Part shown: positions 1 through 13,325 of the stretch, in pieces
Layout: every line of letters starts with the position of its first letter
Numbering within the stretch: position 1 is the stretch's first letter
Assembly (NCBI GenBank): GCA_001244265.2
Contig: CDLV01000005.1
Coordinates: 434,001-498,000, forward strand
Source: Microbotryum violaceum
Taxonomy: Eukaryota
Length of the DNA stretch: 64,000 nucleotides
Reading direction: 5' to 3'
Position numbers and translations under genes: made by a program
Notes under the pieces: generated by a model
What the model was told of the DNA's origin: nothing
Seen by the model: the letters and a program-made list of their open reading frames with translations, nothing else
Databases searched by the model: none

Positions 1-555
1 ACTACGGCGCCATCGCCTTACCGCAGCGAAGCACGTGACCCCTTCACTGCCCTTGAATACAATCGATCGTACTCGGAAGAAGTTGCTTTGGGCACCGATA
101 AAAGACATGTTGGCCCATCGGACTCGCCAGCGTCCAAGGGCGCGTACGAAGATACGCCCGACCAGTCGTTCGGAGTCGAAGAGGAGAGCTCGTATCGCCT
201 CGGTTCCAGTCAAACCAGATCGACGAGCTTGCATCGACTCGTCGATTCGAGGCGCAGCTCGTTCCAACCCACCACCACAGCAGACGAGGACGGTCTGCTC
301 GACGTCTCAGCCGAGGACCAAGCAGACCTCGATATTGTCGCCGAATTCGCCAAACCGGGCTACCCCAAGTTGGCGGAGATCTTGGATGCCGAAGTCAACA
401 CGTCCAAGGGGAAGACGATGGTCGCTTGTTGTGGCCCGAACGGGCTCAACACCCTCGTCAGGCACCTCGTGTCGTCCCGCATCGAGATCAAGAAGTTGCT
501 GAAGGGCGACCCGAGGGCCCAGATCAGTCTGGTTTGCGAAGACTTTTCTTTCTAG
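1..555 (+). CDS. Ferric reductase-like (FRE/NOX family) protein, 3' end (NAD-binding domain); gene begins upstream of the window
   Basis: ORF 88..555 ends with VACCGPNGLNTLVR...LVCEDFSF*, matching the CGP motif and terminal E-x-F-x-F/W of ferric reductase NAD-binding domains. Confidence 0.75.
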   Translation, partial: TTAPSPYRSEARDPFTALEYNRSYSEEVALGTDKRHVGPSDSPASKGAYEDTPDQSFGVEEESSYRLGSSQTRSTSLHRLVDSRRSSFQPTTTADEDGLLDVSAEDQADLDIVAEFAKPGYPKLAEILDAEVNTSKGKTMVACCGPNGLNTLVRHLVSSRIEIKKLLKGDPRAQISLVCEDFSF

Positions 556-1231
556 GGAGTACCTAAGCTCCATTACCGGTCCTCTCTCCGTAATTTCTCG
601 CTGTTGTATACCCAGACCACCTCTTATTTTCGGGTCGAAGGAATTTCTCCTCTGCACTGAAACTTTCCCACCCACTTTTTCTCTTCGTTGTGCCTAGCGA
701 TACATGTTTCAGCATCGCGTTCCTCCCTTCATTCTGATTAATGCTGGAGTCTGTTCATCACCTTTAGCTTATCGAGCATCGTCTTCGATTATGATCACGC
801 TTCCTTACGACCCTCGATGCGGCCAGCCCGGAAAGGCTGCGCTTGTGACAGTGCGACGACCATATGTATGACAAGTCAAGAAAGTTGGTTCAGCATGGGA
901 AAGCCGAAGAATGGTGCGAATGATGATATATGGAAATAATGAGGGCCCAAGAAAATACGAAGCAAAAGAAAGGACGTGAAGAACACAGACGAGGATCTAA
1001 GCACGCCGAACCACCCTACAACTAGAAAACCCGTGAATACAGAACAGTGGTACAGGAAGGAGGCGGATGCGATTTTGAGCCTCTTGAATTCAAATAACGG
1101 ATGCGTAGGACGGTGGTAGGGAGGAGGGATCAGTTGGGGTCGTAGTGGGTCGACATCGCCAGCTGAGCATGGGGTAGATAGGGACCCGCATGTACCAGGC
1201 CCGACGAGCGACGCGGGGAGGTCGAACTCTG

Positions 1232-2878
1232 TCAGTTGTACGGGGGGAGATAGTAATCCGGCGGGGTAGGCAGTGCCGCCGAAGAGAGGGAGGGTTGAGA
1301 GTCGACTTGTCCCCATCGGGCGGCGTCGAAGGCCATGTAGCGCTCGTGTTGAGATGGGTAGTAGGCTTCTGCTTGGAGGTTCGACGAAGAGGCGTGCTTG
1401 CCCTCGTTCGGATAGTAATAGCTCGACATGGGAGCCGTCATTCCTCGCGCTGCGGCACCGAACGTGTAGGAGAAAATATTTTCTCCAGGAGGCATGCGGT
1501 CTGAACCGGCTGGCATTGTTGCGTAAGGGGAGCCTTGGGCCAGGGGCGAGTGTTCGTGCGTCCAGTAAGGAGTCACGGCAGATGGCGAGAGCGGCGAGGG
1601 GTACACGGGCAGGGTCGAGACGGCTTGCTCGTGGACCGACGCGTTGAGGTTGATAAACGATGGCTTCTGCGCATTAGATGGAAATGCAGCGAGGGACGTT
1701 TGAGGTGTGACGTAGTCGCTGCTCATCGAATGTCGGCCGTGCGAGTCGATCGAAGCGACCGAGCCGCGGCGGCCCGAGTCGCCAGAGTGGGTCGGCGACA
1801 AGGCGCCATCATCGGCGCTGTCAGAGTAGGAGGTGCTGCAGTTGGAGGTGACGCTGGCCCTGTCTTTTCGCTTGCGACTTTTGCGAATCATCACCGCGAA
1901 GGCTTTTCCGGCGTTGCCTGTCCAAAAATCGCGTGCGGGGTGCCTGAGAGTGGGTCAGGCGTATCCGACCGTGGGTGGAAGAGGGGCAGTGGCAGTGGGG
2001 GATTTCGTTAGCATCCTCGACGGTTACTTTCTGCCCCTAAACATCTCTGATACTGATACTGAACCGAAAAAACTGACCCAAAGTGAATGTTTTCTTTGAC
2101 ACCAGGCTTTCCTCGTGCATCACTGCGCCGTCGATCGCTGAGGCGTTTGAAGCTGGGACGAAGTCATTTGGCGCGACGGGTCAGCCTTATTCGGGCTTCT
2201 CGACATGTGAAATTGCCGGATTGCCACTGCAGGCGCGCGGCCTTTGCGGCCGTCACCACGGGAGGTACTCACTTGTAGTAGGACAGCTGTCGTACAAATG
2301 ATGAGAATCTGTAATCATCATGCACAATACAAAATCGAGGCGTTAGTTTCAATCATCAAGTGTCAAAGTTTGGTCGGAAAGTCGGGGTTGTGCCCAAGTG
2401 GGGTAACTCGGTGCCGGCGCCCTAGCTATTCAGACTCGCAAGAATGATCGGACCGCGGAAATAATGGGACGCGGCGCGGTGCGTGGCGGCTTGAGCCTCC
2501 ACTTGGGCTGGCGGGCGGGCAGGCAGCGTCGTCGCGACTCTGAAAGTCGATGACCCGCGAGGGAATCCGCACGAAACGCAGCGGTACTTACAGTTTGAAA
2601 TCGAGCTGGTACCGTTGCAAGACCTCGAGTGCACGGTTTTGATCTCCCGTAATCTCGAACTCGCCCGGAGAGACCCATCGAAGGTCAGGTTCGTGGGTTT
2701 GCTGAGCCGCCTCGAGAGCGCTGTCGAGTTGCCGAGCAGCAGAGTTGAGGTGGGATCAGCTGCGCGGCCGTGAGCAGGAGACAAACGCAAGAGGGCGGGG
2801 TACTAACAAGTACAGCTTCTTGACAAAATCAGGGGGCCGTCGTGTCGAGATTGAGCGGGGCGACATGGAAGGTGACAT
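1232..2878 (-). CDS. HSF-type DNA-binding transcription factor (5 exons) with a Ser/Pro-rich C-terminus
   Basis: Manual splicing with GT-AG introns gives PDFVKKLY...LRW...FSSFVRQLSYYNFKRL...F-GHP..DFW.G...IRK, the HSF DNA-binding domain pattern; last exon is ORF 1232..1894. Confidence 0.8.
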
Positions 2879-4518
2879 GGCAGCGGCGACGTATGGGGTG
2901 ATATAGTCAGAAGAGGAGGTCGTCAAGCAGCGGACGCCGATGTTGATGAGGTGTCTGACCGTTTGATCCGACGCGGTAGATCCCCTGAGTTGAGTCAGCC
3001 CCAAGTCCGAGATCTCGATCACTCCAAGAGAAGCTTTCACCTTGGGTGCCTTTACCTGCCTCTGTAGGGAAATCGAAGGTACCCACACAGCTTAATTATT
3101 TACTGTGCATGACGGGTGGTCACGGTGTCGGTGAGCCAGAAAACAGGCAAAATCCGAAGAAGGCAGGCACAGCAGGAAGGCCGCTTTGGACCTTGTCTCG
3201 AGTTATGTGACGAAGCGAGACGCGGCGTCGCTGGTCGGCACAGGTCCCCTCAGCCGCGCCGACGGGACAAGGCACGAATCGCTGGTCAGGCCAATGGTTT
3301 TCGCAGATTTGCAATCTGAAACGGGCGGCCGATCGCGCGCGCCAAGCCTATCCCATCGTGCTATTGAGGCACAGGACTCAGGCTGCGATGGAAGGGTTTT
3401 TATTTTATTTTATCTAATAGATTTCATTAACAGTATATCTATATTAATGTCTAACAATCCTCGGAAGGAATGGGAAAAGGGCTAAAACCCAGCTACTAAA
3501 TTGGCCGGAAAGTTGCGCGACTCGCGGCAGGGCCGTCCTTAAAACTCGATTGTCCCAAATCCCGAAGTTCAGAAGTCTTTACTTTAGACTTTCTTTGAGC
3601 CGCCCCGAATCTCAACATTGATTGTCATTTCAACTCCAAGATGCCAGTTCATGTTATTCCGAATCGTCACATTACTTAACCCTACGAATTTGCCAAGAGA
3701 GTTGAAAGAATTGGAAGCTGTTCAGTTGACGAGCTGCCCCAAGCTAGTGAATACACTACCTAATGTGATGGATGTATACCTAGGTAAATCAAACGTAGCT
3801 TGAACTGTCTAGCATATTGTGACTGATCAGCATTTTTGGCCTAGATACCAACGGCAAGTGGGCAGCCGGAAGGGTACGATCGGTACCTTTACCAAAGGTT
3901 GTTAATGAATCCCAGACCAAGCGGGAAAGCAGCAGGAACTGGACGAGACGGAGCAGACGATTAAACGAGCCGTAAACCTCGCCGGGTGGGAGGCGCCCGG
4001 CGCCTGAACCGGGAGCAGAAATCACATGACAGCTGCGCGAGAATCTAGCCATGTGCATGTGATAACCAATAGGTCGTTCTGGCAGCATCCAAGGTCGTTA
4101 GGAACACTTACCTACCGTAACGTATTATGTCCCTCGTCTAAACTGAGAGTTACCTACAAAAGCTAGCAGAACAGCCCGTGTATTGAGCTTTTGTTCATAG
4201 GCCCGTACGGTGATGACGAGGGGGTTACTGAGTGGGCTTCTGCGTTGCCGTAATGCACGCATTCATTGTCGGACATTGTGCAAGCATTGCAGCTGTAGCT
4301 GGTCAATGAATGCCTTCGGATGAAAGATTAGTGCAGCCTGCGGCGCGCGGCCCATGGAAAACCTAACAGCGCATAATCGAGACCGCCGTTCGATGGTCAG
4401 CCCTGCGCAAGCCTGGGAAGACACCACTTTTATTTGTATCGCGAGAGGAATGCAAGAATAAATATCCGGGTGCAAGTACAGGTATCTAGGCTAGGCAGCC
4501 TGCCAGGGTTTGGTTCCC

Positions 4519-4705
4519 TAGTTGTTGATATTAGTCGCCTTGTGCGTCTCGAGCCTGCCTTTCCTATCTCATCTTCGGCGCTCGTACTTACGCATCTCGT
4601 GCCTCGGCTTCAGGTTAGTTACTGTGCAATGCTCGAACCTATCTTTACTATCATCTTCGGCTCTCGTAGTTACGCATCTCGTGCCTCCGCTTCAGGTTCC
4701 TAAAA
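4519..4705 (+). mobile_element. Degenerate LTR fragment related to the Copia LTR at 60940..61144
   Basis: TAGTTGTTGATATTAGTCGCCT (4519-4540) matches the reverse complement of the Copia LTR exactly; 4641-4705 resembles that LTR's 3' end; a 48-bp unit occurs twice (4569-4616, 4651-4698). Confidence 0.75.
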
Positions 4706-5356
4706 TTTCGGTCGTTGAACTTGCCTAGCTCATGATGCATGATAGGCTGCCTACTAGAGGCACGCCCGCCGTCCAGGTACTATAAACCTCTCGAGATTTT
4801 TCGAAAGTTTCTGGTCTATGAAGTGACCGAAAAAAGTGATCGGCCGTGTTCTTCGGCTGTAAAGGTTAAGACCGGTGTTTTTGGAGCCTCTGAATCTGGT
4901 AGACGGCCGGAGTCTTCGGCGGAGGCAACCTCCGGTTTCAAAGTCTTGCGCGGATGGCGAACAAGGCAAGCCGGCTTGGTTCTCGCGCCGGTGCCAGTCA
5001 CGTGACGCGAAATACCTCGCTCTCGATCAGCGCGCGTGCCCCTGGTTTCCTTCGCGACCGCCTCATTGACAGCAGGTAAAGCACGTCGCCTTTCGCCTTT
5101 CGCGTGCCGAGACAATCTGTGACCGGGCAGCGTCTTGGATAGACGAACGAGCGTTTACATTTTCGCGTCGCGTTCACTTTGTCTTGCGCTGCGTCCGCGA
5201 CGCGTTCGAGCATCACTCTGGGGTTAGTCGCGACTTTCCAACCGGTCATCGCGAGACTGGCGAGCCCATTGCTGACAACTCAACGATGTCTATATAGGCT
5301 TCGACATCAAGTTCAATCCAGCACTTTGGCCTCCCTCTCTATCAGTGTAAAGCGGC

Positions 5357-8300
5357 ATGAGTTCCTCCAGCGTGGTGGCCGATTCTGATCCGGCGTGCGC
5401 GACCGCGCTCCCCTCCGCGTCCTACTCCTCCACGACCGTCACGACCGAGGGACCCTCGATCCTACGCGCCAAGACCGCAACTCGAACCTACGGAAAGCCT
5501 CGACCCGTCCTCGACGAGGATCTCGCGATGGGCGTTTCCAACTCCGCAGCCGCGACGAGTGCAGCAACGACGGGGCTCGAACGCGTCGACGCGTGCCTGA
5601 TCACGCGTAAAACGTCACTCGTCGTGCCTGAATCTGACCTCGACCCAGCAGCAAGAGACGCCGACATTTCCTCCTCGTACTCGTCGCCTCAAACGCATCG
5701 CTCAATCGAGAGGAAGCGAAAAGCGATCAGCTCTTCTTCGCCTGCAAGTGGCAGACGCGGTCACGACTCGACGGACCCGACGTCGGAAGAAGCGGATGGG
5801 GACCCTAACCAGACCGTACGCCAGTCCAAGGACCGCCACATCATCGTCAACGAGAACACCCCCGCACCTTCAAGTTCTCAGTCGAACTCGGGCAGTGACG
5901 ATGGCGACGACCAAGGTGGTATAACCACGTTCCTCAAGCAAAGCAATTGGAAGGCCGAACTCGCCAAGGTGGACCGAGATGACTACGATTTCGACGCTCT
6001 ACCCAAAGTCGACGTCGAGAAGAGTGCACAGCCAGCTGCGGACACCATCCTCGTGTTTTCGACTCAATCAACCCTGACAACTCTTCCTACTTCGGATGGA
6101 CCAGTTGCGGATATCGTCCGAGGGTCGACTTCTATTCGACCGGGTGTGCTCTCTGATGACGAAGAAGAGTCCGATGAAGGCGTGGCGCCAAGGAAGCCCA
6201 AGACTCAGCGGAGGGTCATCGACTCGGACGAGGACTCTGACGCCGAGGAGGGCAAAGCTAGACCTGCCATGATCGCCACTTCATCGCTCGAGGACATCGA
6301 CGACGTCGATGAGGACGCCGCTCCTCTCTCCAAGAAGAAGGCCAAGGTTAGTCACCGCTGTTCGTGCGAGTTCAGCCACAGCAGCTGATCTCTTGAGGAG
6401 GCGAGCTCACAGGGCGCCATCTCGAAAAAGGAAGAGGACTTGATGCATCGTGAAACGGCTGCCTTACGACGAGGTAAGCAACTCCCCAATTTCAGTCGCT
6501 TTCGCGGAGCTGACATCTTGTGTGGGAATCCCTGATGGTGATTTTTAGAACAAGACTTTCGACTTGCGCCCCGGGTCAAAAGCGCTCCCAAGATTACTGA
6601 GATTTTGAAGAAGTGAGTGCCCATGCTCAGTAGCTAAAACCGTTCTGTCCGCTCACTTCTTACGTGCTCACTCCCCGCAGGACTCAACACAATCGACCCT
6701 TCGTCGTCCCGACGCGCAAGAGCTTCCTCGGTCCAATTCCCACCGTTCCCTCCAAGAGGGCCGAGGCGGAGCTGCTGCCGGATTCATCCATCAAGGAAAC
6801 CTCATCATCCCCGTCACGGGCTTCGAGTCCGATTGAAGACACACCGACGACCACACGGCGTCAGGTCATCATTCCTTCGACGGTGGCGCAATTTGTTATG
6901 CCCTTGAAGTCGGTGACCACGGCACCGGTGGATGACGACGATGATGAGGATGAGGAGCTTCCGTCGCTGGACAAGGTTTTCGAAGATCAGGCCAAAGCCG
7001 CGGAGCGACGCAAGTACCAGGAACTCAAACTCGCTGCTGCGAAACGAGCCGAGGAGGAGCGCGTCAAGCGTTTGGCTTCGATCGCTCAGGAGGAGGAGGA
7101 AGATTCCGATGAGCTCGTGTTCGAAGTTGTCAAGCCTAAGCCTTCAGCGAGGAGCCGGACGGAACGACATGCGACGCCGACTTCGGACGCCCACCGTCTT
7201 ATCGACCACAACAGCGTCTCCCGCAGTGCACGCAAGATTCGTGACCTTGACGTCAACATTCAAGCCGCGAACCATGACGATGACGACGAAACCGCGGCTC
7301 AAACTGCGTTGTTGATGCGCGGTCGGGGCAAGAAGCCGAAAGGATGGGTCCCTCAATACAAATGCATTGAACTCAAGAAGAAGACGACGACCGCCGAATT
7401 CGATTCGATCGAGGCGCTGAACGATCGCTTGCTCGGCAAAGCCGCGATGAAGAACATTGATGAACGGACGCGCAAGCAAGCGCAAGCGAGGCGCAAGATG
7501 GAGGGCGTGGTCAAGAACGATGGTGGCGTGGCCAAGGTTAACGTCGATCATTTGCTCAAGACGAAGGAAGAGAAGATTAAGGCCGCCCAACAGCAGGAAG
7601 AGGAAGATGAGGATGCGGAGGATGGGGATTGGGCCGAGGGGGAGGAGGACGATGAGGATGAACGAGGGTCAGACGTCGAGGGTGACGATGAGGCAGGGAG
7701 TGGTAGCGAGGCAGGCAGCGGTGACGAGATGATCGAAGACGAGGCCGAGGACGACAGTGTAGCCGAGGACGAAGAGGAAGGAGTCTCTGCTCCGGTTGTG
7801 GTGAAGCGCCGCGTTCGGTTGCAATCCGCCAGCGACGAGGAAGACAACGACGAAGAGGTGATGGCCAAGAAGTCCTCATTTCAAGCGATCAAGGGCGTCG
7901 AGCTCCCATCGTTCCTCGACAGTCAGCCGGACCGAGGATTTTCACAATTCTTTGACGACGACGTCAGCCAGGCCTTCGGGGAGGCTAACGAGGTGGGCTT
8001 GCCAACCCAACACACGGCTGCGCGTCAATTTGCTGATAATGCCTTTTCTTTCTACTTCACCAGGGCGAGGGTTTCAGACGCCAAAGCACACAAAAGCTCG
8101 CTGCCGAAGAGACCGCAAGCCAAGAGGCGGCGCGAGAACATGGTCTGCACATCACCGAGACGCAGCGTATGGCCGACAATCAAGCTCTGGAGGAACGAGC
8201 CGCTTTTGCTGGAGATTTTTCACCGGGCACACCGGGGCCAGGTTACGATCCACCTCCACGTGTTTACATCAACAAAGAAGGGTGAGCTGGCCAAAGAAAA

Positions 8301-10139
8301 GCTCGCGTTGATACTCTACGCTGACACGTCGCTCCTCTTGACTATTCGCAGTCTCATGACCCAAACTCGGCCTTTGAATCTCTTTGGCGCTGCCTCAATG
8401 GAATCGCCAGTGGGCTCGACGTTCTCTCCCCTCGACTCCGCCTCACGACCTCGATTCAGTCTCGACTCGAGCTCGCAACGACCAACAGGAATGACGCAGA
8501 CCCAACTCGCCGCAACGCAAACCCCTACCCAAGCTTCGAAAGACCCAAGTCGCCTCCGACGCGCCAATGCCGTGATCGGGTACGACTCGATCTCGGAACT
8601 TGCCGCGACCGAAGTCGAGCTCGCTTCGACCGAAGTCGAAGGCGCCGAGACGCAAGAGACGGAGCGGCAGGAGTCGTTCCCTTCGGCGGCTCAACCGATC
8701 GCAACGAACGCGTTTGAAATCATGCGTCAAGCTGCGGCGACGCAACAGTCCATTTTGCCGGCTTTGGTGGAGGACATGCAGCGCGAGACGAGGAGGAAGG
8801 GAGCGAGTGCTTTTATTGAGCAGGAAGCTGATTTGTCTGACGAGGAAGGAGGGGCTTTGGGCCGCTTGAGTGGTGATGAGGACGAGACGAACCTCGATGA
8901 CGAGCTCGAGTCGCTCGTTGATCATGACGAGGTCGACGAAGAGGTGGCGGCGGAGCAGGACGCGGCGGTCAACGATCTTCACGCGTAAGTTGGTCCCTCG
9001 TGCTTTGTGTCATTCGGACAAGGTTCGGGAGCTAATCTTAAGCGAATGGACTTGAATCTCGTCACTCCAAAGCGAGCTTGCGGCGAAGCAAGATGCTGCT
9101 GACCTCGCCAAGGCGCAAGCGATCGCCGACGGTAAGGAGCGCACCCGTCGCAAGGGCCTCGACCTTGACGACGACGACTTTGACGATGACTATGGCATCT
9201 CGACCAAACGGGCGGAGAAGCGGCCGCGCGTGGAGAATTTGAGCACCGCCCAACTTCGTACGTATTTCAGGAGACGAGCGGGAGTATTCTGGATTGGGGT
9301 GGTTGCTGACGTCTCACTCATCCTGCGCCGACCTTGCAGAGGCGAACGAGGAGACAAGGCAGTTCGCGTTGAACATCACCGAAGGACTCGTGACGAGTGT
9401 TCGTCCATCTGACGTTGACTACCTTGCCGAGCCCGAGGGTGCTCAGAGTGGAAGTGACGAGGACGAGTACGACGACGATGAGGGGGTGAGCGATGTCGAT
9501 GGGGAAGGAGATAGTAGGATGGCCCCACCGCCACGCAAGATGTCGATGAGGGAGGCGAACGAATTAGCTCTTGAGCGATCACGACGCAAGGTGGGTCTCG
9601 GCCGTATCACTCTTTAATTCTCGCAAGCACTAACCCTCGATGGGATACTGGTACCACAGGAAAAGGAACGAAGAACGACTCCGCTACCGGAAGTGCGTCT
9701 TGGTACTGGCTCCAGCTCGCCCATTGCACTTCCCAGGGTGAAGAACAGGGCACTTTTGCCCAAGACGGCCGTGGCCCGACCTCGACCAAGTGACGAGTTT
9801 GCATCGCTCGATGTAAGTCGCATCATCCAGCTCTTTCGTAAAAGGAGCCGCGACTAATTTAAACCCCGTGACGATCAGTCGCAGTACGGTCTTGTAAATA
9901 CAACTGCGGCTACTCGAGTCGTGTACAAAAGCTCCGGCGATGCACGTGACGAATCCCAGGGATCAGGCAAGGGTATGACGGCAGGCAAGAACAGTGCGGT
10001 GACGAGTTTCAAGCGCACGTCTTTGACGTTGGGTTCGAATCAGTCGGAGGGGTCGTCGATGGGTTCGAAGAAGGGCAAGATTCTGAGCGCTAGCTCGTCG
10101 CGCGCCATGTCGTTTAGAAGGAATGCGTTTGAAACGTAG
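5357..10139 (+). CDS. MRC1: Mediator of replication checkpoint Mrc1/claspin-like protein (multi-exon)
   Basis: Long acidic ORFs 5357..6388 and 6664..8988 plus later exons; SAFIEQEADLSDEE...LVD...VNDLH...AIADGK resembles the MRC1 domain; many S/TQ motifs around 8360-8540. Confidence 0.72.
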
Positions 10140-10622
10140 GCGTGTGTTCATGTCGAATGCGAGGGCTGCGGATGTTTCGTTATGTAGTTTATCTTGCATG
10201 TGTGGTGTGTCATTGTAGTGTATTTGTTGCTAAACGCGAGCGAGTTCAAGCTAGACCGAGTTTCGAGCTCAGAAGGGGTAAAGTCCGAGTCGTCGGGGCC
10301 CTGCATCACCAAACCTGCGGAGCTGCCAGCTGCGAGGCCTGACCGTGGTCATGAGCGAAGATATCTGGAAAGCAGACTTCATGGCCTGTGTTCTGCTCCC
10401 TCCCGAAGCGTCAAGTACGGACTCGATCCGACATCTGTTCTGCCCATGATCACTGCGCCATCTTGATCTCGGCGTGACCCTCGAAACGCCGAGCTCGGAT
10501 CGGCTTGGCTCCGGCCGAGTCGGAATTCTGTCCCGAGTCCGGCCGACGGGATCGATGAAGATCTTTGTCTCTTTTCTTTTGCCTCCAGTGCGGCCTGCTC
10601 GTCCTCCCTTGATTAATCGACC

Positions 10623-11826
10623 ATGACAGCCACAGCAGAACGAGTCAAGCATCATGCCGAGGATGAGGAGCTTGCATGTACGTCTTGCTTATCGCTCTCA
10701 CAGCCTGTGTCGCCTGTGTCGTGCAGGGCTCGTCTTTCGCAATCGGGGCGCCCGCCAGTGTGGGGGGTTCGTACCCAGCGCTGTCAGACTGACGAACTCG
10801 GTCGGTATGCACAGATCGATTGCAGATCATGGGTGCTCGTGAAGGAGCCATCAAGGTACATACCCGTCGTCGTTCGGTCGCGACAGAGCTCGGGAGCTGA
10901 GCACACGACCATCTTCGGACTATGATCAGGGAACACTGGTTGCGGGTACACTCGTCGCACTGTGAGCATCACTTGTCGAGTTCGTGATGAAATCTTTGTT
11001 CTCACTGCTGTGTTCTACCATGCCACAGGTGCAACTGGAGGTCAGTCGACGATCGAATCGACTGTTGAGCCCCACCCGGACTCGGACTCTCCGGGGGGAC
11101 AAGCAACATCGTCATGGCCTCGAGCAGAGCACTCACCTGCTACCGATACTTGCCAGGTTCCCATGGATGCAGCGACAGACACTGGCTGGCAAAGCGTTCC
11201 TCACCATGTGGTCAGTCCCCCAAGACGACGCTCAATTTTCGGGGCCATCATCGACGAATCGGGCTGACCGCGATTCCGTCACTTTTGGTTCCCAGGGGAA
11301 CGATCTTTGGTATGGTCACACACGCAGGTTCGTATACCAATTCTGAACCTGAATTCGCCATCTTCTCCGAACACTTCGCCGTCCCAAATCCGGGCGGTCT
11401 GGCGGCGTGAGCTGACCCCAACCCCCCCGGCCCCCCTTGCGGCCAACTCTTCGTTCACACAGACCACTACCTGCTGAAATGGGAAGCCGAGCATCGTCGT
11501 AAAGCCGAAGAATGGCGCGCACGGGCCCGCATCGGTGCGTAACCTTGTCCGCTCTCAGATCAAGTTTGGAACACTCCGGCTCAACCAACACTCGCTGCGA
11601 CGTCCGACACATTCTTTGCATAGAGCTGGCTGCGCAAGGATTGGTGCCGAGTGAGACGACGATGCGCGCGTGGAAGAAGAAGGACGACGAGAGGAAAGCC
11701 GACGAGTGGGCTCGGAAGCAACAGGCTCAAAACCAGACAACCGCGACATCATCGACGACGACGACCGATGCTCCGGTGGTGGAGAGCAAGATTCTGCAAG
11801 AGTTGCAGAATAGGAAAGAAGCGTAG
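10623..11826 (+). CDS. Small membrane protein resembling the Rcf2/Rcf3 N-terminal region (8 exons)
   Basis: GT-AG splicing gives MTATAERVKHHAEDEELAYRLQIMGAREGAIKGTLVAGTLVALCNWRFPWMQRQTLAGKAFLTMWGTIFGMVTHADHYLLKWEAEHRR...ELAAQGLVPSET...; all exon phases are compatible; includes a 12-nt exon at 11029-11040. The gene model is strong, the family call is tentative. Confidence 0.65.
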
Positions 11827-12141
11827 CGCTTTGTTGGAAGCAGGTTTTTGTTATTTTTGTGGTAAGATCAGACGTCGGTGGCTTTTCGCGACTCTCCTAC
11901 GTCCGAAAAACACGACCAATGATGATCCCGTTCACGCCATTCGGACACCACGCTCGGTGCCACCCCTTGAGCTAGGAAAGAGTAAAGAAACAAAACAGAA
12001 ACCAGTTACAGCGATCACACCCTTGATCTCGAGTCCGTCCAGATGCCACGTTTCTCTATCGCATGCGACCAAACACCTCTCGTGCCCCTCCCTCCTTGTA
12101 TCCCCCTCGCGTCCGGTCATCATCCACATGCGCGATTTCGT

Positions 12142-13019
12142 CTAATGCTCATCCCTGAACGCCTTGAGTGCCTCTGCTTTTTGCTCTTGTGTGAACATTG
12201 GCGGCTGCGGAGGGATGAAGCGGGTAAGTGATGCAAGTTCGGCGGGGGGGGGGGGGGGGGCGAAATCGATCGATCTTGCTCGCATGCACAACTCACGGGC
12301 AGGTTGCGCTCCCTTGAAAAGGGGATGGAGGTTGAATGAGGTCAGTTGGTGAAAGTTGGCAATCGTTCAAGTCCGCAACTGACCATTTTGTACCATCAGG
12401 GAACATCGGCGCTGTTACCAGGGGGCGGCCGCCGGCGCATCATCAGCTTCCATTCCCCCCAACCCAACCTACCCCCTCTTTCATACACCCCCCCAAAAAG
12501 ACTAACCTCGATAAGGATCCGGATGACTCATATACTGCACGGCCTTCTCCGCCTCGTGCAACAAGGCGGCGACCGCACGCGGGTCACGTACGTTGCGGTT
12601 GCGTTCGAACTGCACGCGGATCTCGATCGCCCTCTCTCGCCACAGGTCGCGGCGCACGTACCTAGAGGGAGAGTGGGAGGGTGAATTGGTTCGTGAGCAC
12701 TCGGGGGTGGGAGGGAAGCCTGAGCCAAGTGAAGCGTTTGGGGGGCGTACCAGTCCAGCGCTCCTTTCAACGCTCGTCGGTAGAGGTGCTACATTCGGGG
12801 TGAAGCAAAGGTCGTATCAGTAGCCATTCTCACACAGGGGACTTGGAATGGATCACTCACAGCGACGTAACGACGATGCGCTTGGGACTGCACGACGAGA
12901 GCGGGCCAGGTGCCACCACAGCGAACGGACAGGGGTCAGTCACGAGCAGCGTGGAGTCTCCGGGAGTATGGACTGCGTACAAAGGGTGCCACCGCCTGGG
13001 CTGTTGCTGATGGAGCCAT
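12142..13019 (-). CDS. NDUFB9: NADH:ubiquinone oxidoreductase subunit B22 (LYR family), 7 exons
   Basis: Splicing gives MAPSATAQAVAPFSQAHRRYVAHLYRRALKGALDWYVRRDLWRERAIEIRVQFERNRNVRDPR...HPDPYRAPMFPDGTKWERNLPPP..., with LYR, HPDPY and GTKWERN motifs. Confidence 0.9.
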
Positions 13020-13325
13020 GTTGTGGTCCGTTTGGTGGATGTGGGCGTGGTGCGGAGTCGAGAGGAGCCGCGAGCGAGCACCGAACGACCAAGACTCGGT
13101 TCACGCTCATAGTCAATTCAGTAATTGGGCATTACGGCCCGAGTTTATCAAAGCTAATTGGCTCATCTCTCATGTCTCTCTTTGACGGCGATTTAGGCTA
13201 CTTTGGTAACATACCAAACACAATTCGAACTAATTTTCCATTTTGAGGTCAAAAACAAAAAAGACAATACAGTCATTATACATCCGTATCCACCAAAGCG
13301 TCCTCCCATTTTACAGCTCAGGACC

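Noticed and set aside
3400..4450. AT-richer stretch with short ORFs and a possible intron
   Set aside because: No recognisable domain or consistent gene model.
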